Shown: positions 56,595 to 64,000 of the stretch, in pieces
Layout of the letters: each line of letters begins with the position of its first letter
Position numbering within the stretch: the stretch's first letter is position 1
Assembly (NCBI GenBank): GCA_038063415.1
Contig: JBBTVD010000003.1
Coordinates: forward strand, 8,489 to 72,488
Direction of reading: 5' to 3'
Source of the DNA: Patescibacteria group bacterium
GTDB lineage: Bacteria > Patescibacteriota > Microgenomatia > Levybacterales > UBA12049
Length of the DNA: 64,000 bases
Made by a program: the position numbers and the translations under genes
The notes under the pieces: generated by a model
What the model saw: only the letters and a program-made list of their open reading frames with translations
Databases searched by the model: none
What the model was told of the DNA's origin: nothing

Positions 56595-56819
56595 AATAAG
56601 GAAGGACCTATAAATAACAATAACATCATTTAAAGATTTATTACAAGGCATCTTTTGCTATGAGTCCTTAATAATGAAACATTCGGTGTAAGCTGAATGT
56701 ATGAGGGTAAAACCAAAAGAAATCACCGAAACATTTAAGAAAAACAACTCTGTTGCCGAACCAACAATGAATAAAATATTTCAAATGAAGGAAGAGATTT
56801 ATTATTTCTAAACTGCCGT

Positions 56820-58334
56820 TTAATTTCTTTGGACATTAATTCTATATTTTTCAATAACCTTCTTATTCACCTTGTTATTACGTACGAAAACTGTCACAGT
56901 TCCGTCTCCATACACGGGAATCCAATCCTTACTGTCAAGCAATCGAATTAAAAATGGTCTGCTTTTTGCTTGATCCTCAAATGCTACATTGAATACAACG
57001 GCGTTTATATTGTATTTTTCAACTTGGCTATTAAAAAACTGTTCATCAGCCATCATTTTCCAGTAATCGTCAAAAAAGGATGCGGGGTATGCTTCAGGTC
57101 TTGCATCAACATACACTTCTTCTTTAGGATAAAGGGCATATACGAGATAATTACCGATAATATAATTGTTGAATATTCTTCCTTTAACATCAGCCTGTTT
57201 TATAAAAGTTGCAGCATTCTCTGTCGACGGCATGAAGCCAAAATGGAGGATCTTATAATCCACTAACCCCTTTAAATGAATGCCAACAATAAAAGCAACA
57301 CAAAGCACAACAGCGCTTTTAAGTATCTGAAGCATAGAAAGGTCAACATGGTTTTTCAGTTTTTCTTCAAGATAAGTACATGCCTGTACTAAAGGAATAA
57401 AACCGAGTAAGCCAAATAAACTGATGCATCTGGTAAACTTCAAGCCGAGGAAAGCCGCTGTTATCCCATTGCCTGTATAAAACATTTCCCGCCATTGTTT
57501 TTTAATAAAGAGAGTCAGAATAAAAAGAACAATCAATAGCTCAAAGGTAACAACCTGTAGGACTAGCGTGTAGGCAATATTACTATTAGTACTTGTCGGT
57601 TCGAATATCTTTAGTGGACTATTATTCTCTTCTACAGAAAAGCCGTAATTAGCTGAAAAGGTAAAGGGCAAGAGTGCGCCTTGTATAAAACTGGGGTTGA
57701 TTAAGGTTGAGATAACTAACAGCAAGCCAATAAGAAGGAGTTTTTTATCAAACGTTTTATGTTTTATTATGTTTTCGAGAAAGAAGAAGCCATAAATAGT
57801 AATACCAAGAATAAAGTAGATATGCATATTTACCCAAAGAATTTCTAGAACAGGTAGTAACATCAGGAGGTAGAGTTTTTTAGACTTTTTATATTTTTCA
57901 ATAAAGAAAATAAATATACCGATGAATAGATAACTAAACAGTTCTGGCAAAACTGAAAAACGCATGGAAAAAAGTGTAATGCTAACAAGTGAAAAAATAG
58001 TGACCCAAAATAGAGAACCCTTTTTTAAGGCAACAAAATAAAGAAGCGACGCTGTCGTGATGATAATTATCATTTTAAAAATGAGCAGGCCGTTTAGCCC
58101 GAATGTAGCAGTGACGAGATAAAAGATTACTTCAGCGAGCCACTCATGATTAATAATAGGAAAGTTAGGATTAGTATAAGAGAAAAGATTTGTTTGCGGT
58201 ACGCAAAAACAATTGACTACAACTTCACCTAGTTTAAGATGACGGCCTAAATCCGCGAGCATTGCTAAATCTGTTTGAAAAAGGAGGATTACTAAGTAGG
58301 AAAGGGGGATAATAGCAAAAAGCAACTTTTTCAT
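56820..58334 (-). CDS. Multi-TM putative GT-C glycosyltransferase
   Basis: DLGRHLKLG, FSYT, HEWLAE, LWVNMH, LINP, GNYL..VYVDARPEAY; ATG 58334. Confidence 0.65.
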   Translation of the reverse strand: MKKLLFAIIPLSYLVILLFQTDLAMLADLGRHLKLGEVVVNCFCVPQTNLFSYTNPNFPIINHEWLAEVIFYLVTATFGLNGLLIFKMIIIITTASLLYFVALKKGSLFWVTIFSLVSITLFSMRFSVLPELFSYLFIGIFIFFIEKYKKSKKLYLLMLLPVLEILWVNMHIYFILGITIYGFFFLENIIKHKTFDKKLLLIGLLLVISTLINPSFIQGALLPFTFSANYGFSVEENNSPLKIFEPTSTNSNIAYTLVLQVVTFELLIVLFILTLFIKKQWREMFYTGNGITAAFLGLKFTRCISLFGLLGFIPLVQACTYLEEKLKNHVDLSMLQILKSAVVLCVAFIVGIHLKGLVDYKILHFGFMPSTENAATFIKQADVKGRIFNNYIIGNYLVYALYPKEEVYVDARPEAYPASFFDDYWKMMADEQFFNSQVEKYNINAVVFNVAFEDQAKSRPFLIRLLDSKDWIPVYGDGTVTVFVRNNKVNKKVIEKYRINVQRN

Positions 58335-58400
58335 AATATTAATTCTAGTGATAAAGATGACTATTGACAATAACTTTACTATTATGATGAACTAGATAAA

Positions 58401-58588
58401 ATGAAGTATTTTAAAAACTTCTTTTCATTCTTCGTAATAATTCTTGTCGCTCTCTTATTGACCCCAAAAGCGGAAGCATCGTTATTAGGTTAGTTAAAAA
58501 GACTAACGAAGGTCAAAACGGTCAAGTAAGTTTCGGTACCAGAGAAAGTGTGTCTGTTCCCCAGTTAATTGTCACGTATCAGCCTTAA
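58401..58588 (+). pseudogene. Collapsed remnant of a secreted protein (signal peptide plus DNRLRE-like C-terminus)
   Basis: MKYFKNFFSFFVIILVALLLTPKAEASLLG*, then in another frame KKTNEGQNGQVSFGTRESVSVPQLIVTYQP*. Confidence 0.5.
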
Positions 58589-59702
58589 TAGCAGATAGTG
58601 TATCAACAATACACGCTTTGACTGCTTCAATTCCTTCTTCTTTTCTCACTGAGATAAAAAGTGGTGAGAACATTTTGTACCTTTCCAAAATCATTGCTTT
58701 ATTTACATCCGGGACTTTATCTGTTTTATTAAAGATATAGATTACCTCATCTGTATTTCTCCCAAGACCGCGAAGAATTTTGTTTACAACGTTAATCTTT
58801 TCATCCATTTCAGGATCTGAGATATCAATGACATGAAAAAGTACATCTGCATGAATTGATTCCATAAGGGTTGATTTAAAAGCACTGATAAGAAGCGGTG
58901 GTAGATCGCGGATAAATCCAATCGTATCCGTAATGAGTACTTCAGAATGAAGTGCTTCCAGATAGATGTTGCCAACACTGCTATCAAGGGTGGCAAATAA
59001 GACGTCTTTTTCGAGCACATTTTTCTTGGTCAAGAGGTTAAATAACGAGCTTTTTCCGGCATTGGTGTAGCCTACAATTGAGACCGTTTTGAACCCCGCT
59101 CGCTTTCGTCTTTCAAGTTGTTGCCGATGACTGATGCTAATCTTTGCTAATTGGTCAAGAATTTTCTTCTTCTCATCCCGCCAGTGGCGCTTCATCAGCT
59201 CTGTATTTGTCTCACCCACACCTATGCCTCCAATACCTCCTCCTTGTCGCGAGAGGACATAGCCCATACCGTAAATTCTGGGCCCCATATAATTCATCCT
59301 CGCAAGTTCAATTTGTAGTTTCGCTTCGGTTGTTGCGGCATGTTTGTCAAAGATTCTAAGAATCAGATCAACTCTGTCCCAGACTTGGATATCTGGCTTG
59401 GTTTTTTGTAGCTTTGTTTTGAGCGCATGCACTTGACGAGGAAGTACCATTGCATTAAGGACAACCACATCAATATCTTTTTCTTTAATTTTCTCAGCTA
59501 CTTCTTCTATTTTTCCCTTACCGATGTAGGTGACAGGATTGGGTCGATCCATTTTTTGGATAATCCGATCGGCAATGATCCCACCAAGGGTTGTAATGAG
59601 TGATTCGAGTTCCTCACCGATATTTACTGAGCTTTCTTTGTCTGCTCGCGCGTTGATCACATGAATAGGTAGCATGGTTAAGGTATGTCTTATTTCTTGC
59701 AT
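58572..59702 (-). CDS. hflX: GTPase HflX
   Basis: DRVDLILRIF, EAKLQIELA, GGGIG..GVGET, GYTNAGKS, LFATLD, DTIGF, NKTD. Confidence 0.95.
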   Translation of the reverse strand: MQEIRHTLTMLPIHVINARADKESSVNIGEELESLITTLGGIIADRIIQKMDRPNPVTYIGKGKIEEVAEKIKEKDIDVVVLNAMVLPRQVHALKTKLQKTKPDIQVWDRVDLILRIFDKHAATTEAKLQIELARMNYMGPRIYGMGYVLSRQGGGIGGIGVGETNTELMKRHWRDEKKKILDQLAKISISHRQQLERRKRAGFKTVSIVGYTNAGKSSLFNLLTKKNVLEKDVLFATLDSSVGNIYLEALHSEVLITDTIGFIRDLPPLLISAFKSTLMESIHADVLFHVIDISDPEMDEKINVVNKILRGLGRNTDEVIYIFNKTDKVPDVNKAMILERYKMFSPLFISVRKEEGIEAVKACIVDTLSAIKADT

Positions 59703-59741
59703 GGCTTAGTCATTATACCTGATATAATTATAAACACTACT

Positions 59742-60209
59742 ATGGTACGTAAAAAATTCTCCATCGTACACAAAGACGAAGAGATGCTAGAACTTATAAG
59801 CAAAATGCATCAAAAAATACTTGCTGTTTGGGCAATTGCGTGTACTGAGCGTGTGTTGCACTATTTTGTAGAAAAATATCCTGAGGATCCTCGTCCGAGG
59901 GAAGCTATCACAGAACTCAAAGCCTGGATTATTACGGATATCTTTAAGATGGCCGTCATCCGTAAAGCATCACTTGACGCACATGCTGCTGCTCGGGAAG
60001 TAGGAGAAGACAGCCCTGCCAGATCTGCAGCACGAGCTGCGGGGCAAGCAGTAGCGACGGCACATGTCGCACGTCACGCATACGGTTCAGCAATTTATGC
60101 ACAACAAGCTATTTACCGAGCAAGTAATTCTGAAGATGCAGAAGGAGCGGCAGCAAAAGAACGTGATTGGCAATATAATAAATTAATACAATTGGGAGAA
60201 AAAAAGTGA
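59742..60209 (+). CDS. Imm5-like (putative immunity protein) family
   Basis: LAVWAIACTERVL, DPRPREAI, AHAAAR, AARAAGQAVATAHVARHA, ERDWQ. Confidence 0.75.
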   Translation: MVRKKFSIVHKDEEMLELISKMHQKILAVWAIACTERVLHYFVEKYPEDPRPREAITELKAWIITDIFKMAVIRKASLDAHAAAREVGEDSPARSAARAAGQAVATAHVARHAYGSAIYAQQAIYRASNSEDAEGAAAKERDWQYNKLIQLGEKK

Positions 60210-60219
60210 AGTGCTGTCT

Positions 60220-60630
60220 TTACTGAGCTTCGGTGTGTTTCTTAAAATTATCGAGAATTGCCTGCCAGCCACTTCTCTGTAATTCCTCTGAGTTTTCGTT
60301 TTCTGGATCAAAGGTTTCAACTACTTGTACACCTTCTGGAGTTTGCGTAAAGGCAATCTTTACATGTCTTCCATCTTCCATATCATATTCGATAAGCTCG
60401 TTTTCTATTACCGCTGTATAGACTCCAGCAAAATCAAAACTCTCACTTTTGTCCTTGGCAGCCATAGTAGTTTTGAACTTGCCACCAGTACGCAAATCAT
60501 TCTGTGCAGCTGGAGCTTCCCAGTCATCTGAAGCAAAGGCCCATTGCATAATATGCTCAGGCTTATTCCATGATTCCCACACTTTTTCTATTGGAGCTTT
60601 TACGATGGTTTCGACAGTAATTGGATTCAT
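60220..60630 (-). CDS. SRPBCC/AHSA1-domain protein
   Basis: APIEKVW, PEHIMQW, DLRTGG, GWQAILDNFK. Confidence 0.88.
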   Translation of the reverse strand: MNPITVETIVKAPIEKVWESWNKPEHIMQWAFASDDWEAPAAQNDLRTGGKFKTTMAAKDKSESFDFAGVYTAVIENELIEYDMEDGRHVKIAFTQTPEGVQVVETFDPENENSEELQRSGWQAILDNFKKHTEAQ

Positions 60631-60679
60631 CTCTGTCTCTATTGTAGCATATTGCACTATACTATTTTTTCTGATATAG

Positions 60680-60695
60680 TTAACTTATAAGTTAA
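60680..60695. promoter_or_regulatory. Perfect 16-bp palindrome, candidate ArsR operator
   Basis: TTAACTTATAAGTTAA, 5 nt before arsR ATG. Confidence 0.65.
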
Positions 60696-60700
60696 GTGTT

Positions 60701-61063
60701 ATGACAAAAAATACCAACCACCATGACTTAGATAGTATTTTTGAAGCTCTTGCCAGTAAGCATCGACGTGAGATTGTCTATGCTTTAGGCCTACAACCCC
60801 ATTCAGTAAGTCAACTTGCGCAGATGCGAGACCTCTCGCTCCCTGCGATTCATAAACACATTAAACTGCTTGAGGCCGCGAGCCTTGTACTGAGCAAAAA
60901 GACGGGGCGAACGAATTTCCTTACGCTCAATAAACAAACCTTACTCAAACTGCAAGACTGGCTGATGCAATATCATGCTTATTGGGGTAGTAACGACGCA
61001 ACTTTAGAAAATTATACTCAATATTTAAGCAAAAAAACGAAGGGAGGTGAAAAGAAACAATGA
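60701..61063 (+). CDS. ArsR/SmtB-family regulator
   Basis: LDSIFEALASKHRREI, SVSQLA, SLPAIHKHIKLLEAASLV, KTGR. Confidence 0.9.
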   Translation: MTKNTNHHDLDSIFEALASKHRREIVYALGLQPHSVSQLAQMRDLSLPAIHKHIKLLEAASLVLSKKTGRTNFLTLNKQTLLKLQDWLMQYHAYWGSNDATLENYTQYLSKKTKGGEKKQ

Positions 61064-61389
61064 AAAAATTTATACTTATTTTTTATGGCAAAGTAAGACC
61101 TGAAGATATCAGTAAAGAAGAAATGCAAAGTACCATGGACAAATGGATGGCATGGTTTGGTACATTTAAAGATCAAATGGTCGACGGAGGTAATCCATTT
61201 GCTGTTGATGCAAAATCTATAACAGCAAAAGGTGTTGAAACAATTTCTCCAGATATGATGCCTGCTACAGGCTACACTATTATTAACGCAAAAGACATCG
61301 ATGAAGCAACAAAAATTGCGGAGGGATGTCCTGTGCTTGAAGAAGGTGGTAATGGTGCTATACGTGTCTACGAAGCAATGGCAATGTAA
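61060..61389 (+). CDS. YciI-family protein
   Basis: WMAWF, VDGGNPF, TGYTIINAKDIDEATKIAEGCP; SD GGAGGTGA. Confidence 0.8.
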   Translation: MKKFILIFYGKVRPEDISKEEMQSTMDKWMAWFGTFKDQMVDGGNPFAVDAKSITAKGVETISPDMMPATGYTIINAKDIDEATKIAEGCPVLEEGGNGAIRVYEAMAM

Positions 61390-61463
61390 TGACATTGTGT
61401 ATGGAGAGGTAGCTTCGTCATGGGGTTACCTCTTCATATTTGGTTTCAAGGAAAATTTGATTC

Positions 61464-62117
61464 CTATTTCTTTTTTGCTGAGGTAGTTTTTTTTGTTTTA
61501 GTCGCTTTCTTAGGAGAAGCTTTCTTTGTTTTTGGTTCTTCCCCTTTCTCTTCTTCGGTGGCATTCGCAACAATAGCAGTAGTTGTTGGTTCAACTGGCT
61601 CTACTTCTGTTGTGGTAAGTAAATCTAAGATTTTATCCATTTTTGCATTGAGTGTCTCAAACTGTGTTTTGTAATTTGGGATTTCAACAGGCTTTGGTTG
61701 ACGATCTTCTCGGTTATAGCTTGGTTTATCAAATGTTCGTCTATCAGATGTCCCAGTATCACTTGCTCTATTTTTTTCAAAACAACGTGAACAAAAGACA
61801 TCTCGCCCTGGTCTTGGTTGGAAAGGGATTTGACACTCATTCCCGCATTGTGAACAAACTGCATCATGCATTTCCCTTTCGTCCCCATTTGATCGATCAA
61901 AATTCCTGCCTTCGGATCTACGAACATCTGAACCTCCATTATTTTGGAAACAGTCGCGACAAAAAACTGGCTTACTCCCTGTAGGTCGGAACGGTACTTC
62001 GCAGATCTTGCCACAACCAGCACAGGTTGCTTTATGCATATCTGGTCGGGGATTATTGAATCTTGGTTTAAAGTTTCGACTGCCGCCTGAATGAGTATCT
62101 CTATTTGAATAAGCCAT
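61464..62117 (-). CDS. CxxC-x17-CxxC domain protein (two copies of the domain)
   Basis: CAGCGKICEVPFRPTGSKPVFCRDCF and CSQCGNECQIPFQPRPGRDVFCSRCF; Lys-rich tail. Confidence 0.9.
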   Translation of the reverse strand: MAYSNRDTHSGGSRNFKPRFNNPRPDMHKATCAGCGKICEVPFRPTGSKPVFCRDCFQNNGGSDVRRSEGRNFDRSNGDEREMHDAVCSQCGNECQIPFQPRPGRDVFCSRCFEKNRASDTGTSDRRTFDKPSYNREDRQPKPVEIPNYKTQFETLNAKMDKILDLLTTTEVEPVEPTTTAIVANATEEEKGEEPKTKKASPKKATKTKKTTSAKKK

Positions 62118-62185
62118 GGCCTATATTATAACAGTTCTTGAGGAGAATAGCTCGTTTTTAGTAATATTGCTCATATAAGCTTCTT

Positions 62186-62839
62186 TTAGAGAGGTTTAAA
62201 TTTCTTCACAATTTCTATAACACCACCTATCGTGTCTACGTATTTATCAGCACCTTTTTGCACATAGCCAGCAACTAAATTCTGCTTTAACCCAATTGTA
62301 TAGGCACCGGCTGCTTTGGCTGCCGCAATTCCAGCATTCGAATCTTCTAATACCAATGTATTTTGAGGATTTGATTGCAGCGTTCTGATTGCTTCATTGT
62401 AACCATCAGGTGCAGGCTTATGGAGCAAATCTGGTCTATCAAATAATGATAGTATAAGAGAAAGATCTTCTTTAAACGATAGTCTCTCAACAACAAGATC
62501 GATCCATGCTTTAGGAGAGGCAGAAACAATGCCAAGTAAAAAACCGTACGATTTCAATACGTGAACTAGCTCATCTAATCCATCTGGTATTGGTGCCGTA
62601 GTATATATTTCGTTGGCTCGGTCATAGAAGGCATTAAGCAACGTTTCTTTGGGTATAGTGCTCCCATTCTTTGTTGCTAGCTCATAGATACCATCCATAT
62701 TGATACCAACGGTAGAGCCCATTTTGGTAATCATCTCTTTTCCAAAAAGATCCAAATAGATTGTTTCTTTTGCTTTTTCCCAAATCGATTCATCATCAAT
62801 TAAAACTCCGTCCAGGTCAAAAAGAAATACGTTGTTCAT
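62186..62839 (-). CDS. HAD-family phosphatase (beta-PGM-like)
   Basis: FDLDGVLID, VSAS, KPAPDGY, LEDSNAG. Confidence 0.9.
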   Translation of the reverse strand: MNNVFLFDLDGVLIDDESIWEKAKETIYLDLFGKEMITKMGSTVGINMDGIYELATKNGSTIPKETLLNAFYDRANEIYTTAPIPDGLDELVHVLKSYGFLLGIVSASPKAWIDLVVERLSFKEDLSLILSLFDRPDLLHKPAPDGYNEAIRTLQSNPQNTLVLEDSNAGIAAAKAAGAYTIGLKQNLVAGYVQKGADKYVDTIGGVIEIVKKFKPL

Positions 62840-62891
62840 AAGGTAATTATAGCAGAGCGTATCGTTAATTCATTTAGAGTATAATGCACCT

Positions 62892-63518
62892 ATGACACAA
62901 ATCTTTATTTTTGGAGCAAGCATTGTTTACGGCGTTGGCGCTGAAGAAGCTGGTTGGGCTGATCTTATCAAAAGAAACATTCATAATCGAATGTATTCCA
63001 AAAATGGCACTGGTGAAAAATTTGAAGTTTATAACTTTGGTAATCCCGATGCAAAAATCGAATTTATATTAAAAACTTTTGAGGAGCAAATAGAAAATTA
63101 TGGAAAAGATGGTAAAAAAATTGTGGTTCTTTCTATTGGGATGAATAACGCAAAAGCTGTAGGAAATCCAGATAATTATGTTACAAAAATAGATGAATAT
63201 AAAAATCAACTGAAAAAATTATTTCAGCAAATGAAATTAAAAGTTGATCACGTGTTGTGCGTTGGACTTACATCTGTTGATGAACAGAAAACAACACCAA
63301 AATCTAATGGATCGTATTTTCGAAACCAACGAATAGAACAATTTAATAGTACATTTAGAGAAGTTTGTATTGAAATGGGAATTACCTTTGTAGATATTTT
63401 ATCTGAACAACAAGTATGTGGTCAGGCTTGTCTTTACAAAGATGGTGTACACCCGAATCAAAAAGGGCATCAACTAATTTTTGAAAAAATATTTCCACAA
63501 ATAAAATCACTTCTTTGA
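62892..63518 (+). CDS. SGNH/GDSL-family hydrolase
   Basis: FGASIVYG, YNFG, IGMNN, DGVHPNQKGH. Confidence 0.85.
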   Translation: MTQIFIFGASIVYGVGAEEAGWADLIKRNIHNRMYSKNGTGEKFEVYNFGNPDAKIEFILKTFEEQIENYGKDGKKIVVLSIGMNNAKAVGNPDNYVTKIDEYKNQLKKLFQQMKLKVDHVLCVGLTSVDEQKTTPKSNGSYFRNQRIEQFNSTFREVCIEMGITFVDILSEQQVCGQACLYKDGVHPNQKGHQLIFEKIFPQIKSLL

Positions 63519-63591
63519 AATTAATCCTATTGATTTAGTTTGGACATAACTTTGTATGTTCGTGTTACAATAAAGAAATCTATAGTAACTC

Positions 63592-63942
63592 ATGATAAAA
63601 CACCGTATTTATACAATGAGTTTCGCAAGCGTTTATCCTCTGTACATCGCTAAGGCAGAAAAAAAAGGCCGCACCAAAGCAGAAGTCGACGAAATTATCC
63701 GCTGGCTGACAGGATATAGTCAGAAGGAGTTGGAGATGCAACTGGAAAAACAAACAGACATTCAGACTTTTCTCACAGAAGCTCCGAAGCTAAATCCTGC
63801 ACGGACATTAATTACCGGTGTGATTTGTGGCGTCCGAGTAGAAGACATCAAAGAGCCAACCATGCAGGAAATTCGCTACCTGGATAAATTAATCGATGAG
63901 TTAGCAAAAGGAAAACTCATGGAGAAGATTTTGCGGAAATAA
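63592..63942 (+). CDS. DUF2200 family protein
   Basis: [43 protein letters not shown]. Confidence 0.9.
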   Translation: MIKHRIYTMSFASVYPLYIAKAEKKGRTKAEVDEIIRWLTGYSQKELEMQLEKQTDIQTFLTEAPKLNPARTLITGVICGVRVEDIKEPTMQEIRYLDKLIDELAKGKLMEKILRK

Positions 63943-63950
63943 TAACTGCT

Positions 63951-63998
63951 CTATTTCTTCTTATTTTTACGTTTAGATTGAGAACGTTTTTGCTTTTT
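63951..63998 (-). CDS. Basic C-terminal tail of a gene entering from the right edge
   Basis: KKQKRSQSKRKNKKK*. Confidence 0.4.
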   Translation of the reverse strand, partial: KKQKRSQSKRKNKKK

Positions 63999-64000
63999 TC

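Noticed and set aside
59742-60209. Polymorphic toxin-immunity locus
   Set aside because: No toxin gene is adjacent; Imm5-like genes often occur alone.
1-64000. CRISPR array, tRNA, rRNA or tmRNA
   Set aside because: No regularly spaced direct repeats or cloverleaf/rRNA signatures were seen in the intergenic gaps by eye; a tRNAscan/Infernal run would be the definitive check.
1-64000. Alternative genetic code (TGA=Gly as in Gracilibacteria/Absconditabacteria, or TAG recoding)
   Set aside because: Conserved genes are full length under code 11, and both TGA and TAG end genes at expected C-termini; only one isolated in-frame TAG was found.

Overview
64-kb chromosomal window from a small-genome, AT-rich bacterium using genetic code 11. 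Gene content suggests Patescibacteria/CPR, probably Microgenomates (inference): expanded TrmB-family regulators, class F sortase, DUF2207, CxxC-x17-CxxC protein, type 1 Idi, many apparently leaderless genes. It holds about 75 CDS, including two toxin-antitoxin pairs, three TrmB paralogues, MacAB-like and RND exporters, a CDP-sugar cluster, lon with a CIRCE-like operator, a two-component locus, ribE/ribH, coaBC, ung and hflX. No rRNA, tRNA, CRISPR array, integrase or intact transposase was seen. Best candidate for an undescribed system: a compact cobalamin riboswitch (49253-49360, minus) heading an operon of two DUF4430 (transcobalamin beta-domain-like) surface proteins, one fused to an alpha/alpha barrel, plus a solitary ECF S-component-like membrane protein, i.e. 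a putative transcobalamin-like B12 capture system. Other highlights: GTCAT...ATGAC palindromic elements, one inserted in frame inside the RND transporter gene; a class F sortase beside a 57-aa APSTG peptide lacking a membrane anchor; a sensor-domain-fused OtsA; and several gene remnants marking recombination scars. All family assignments come from reading motifs by eye, not from database searches.
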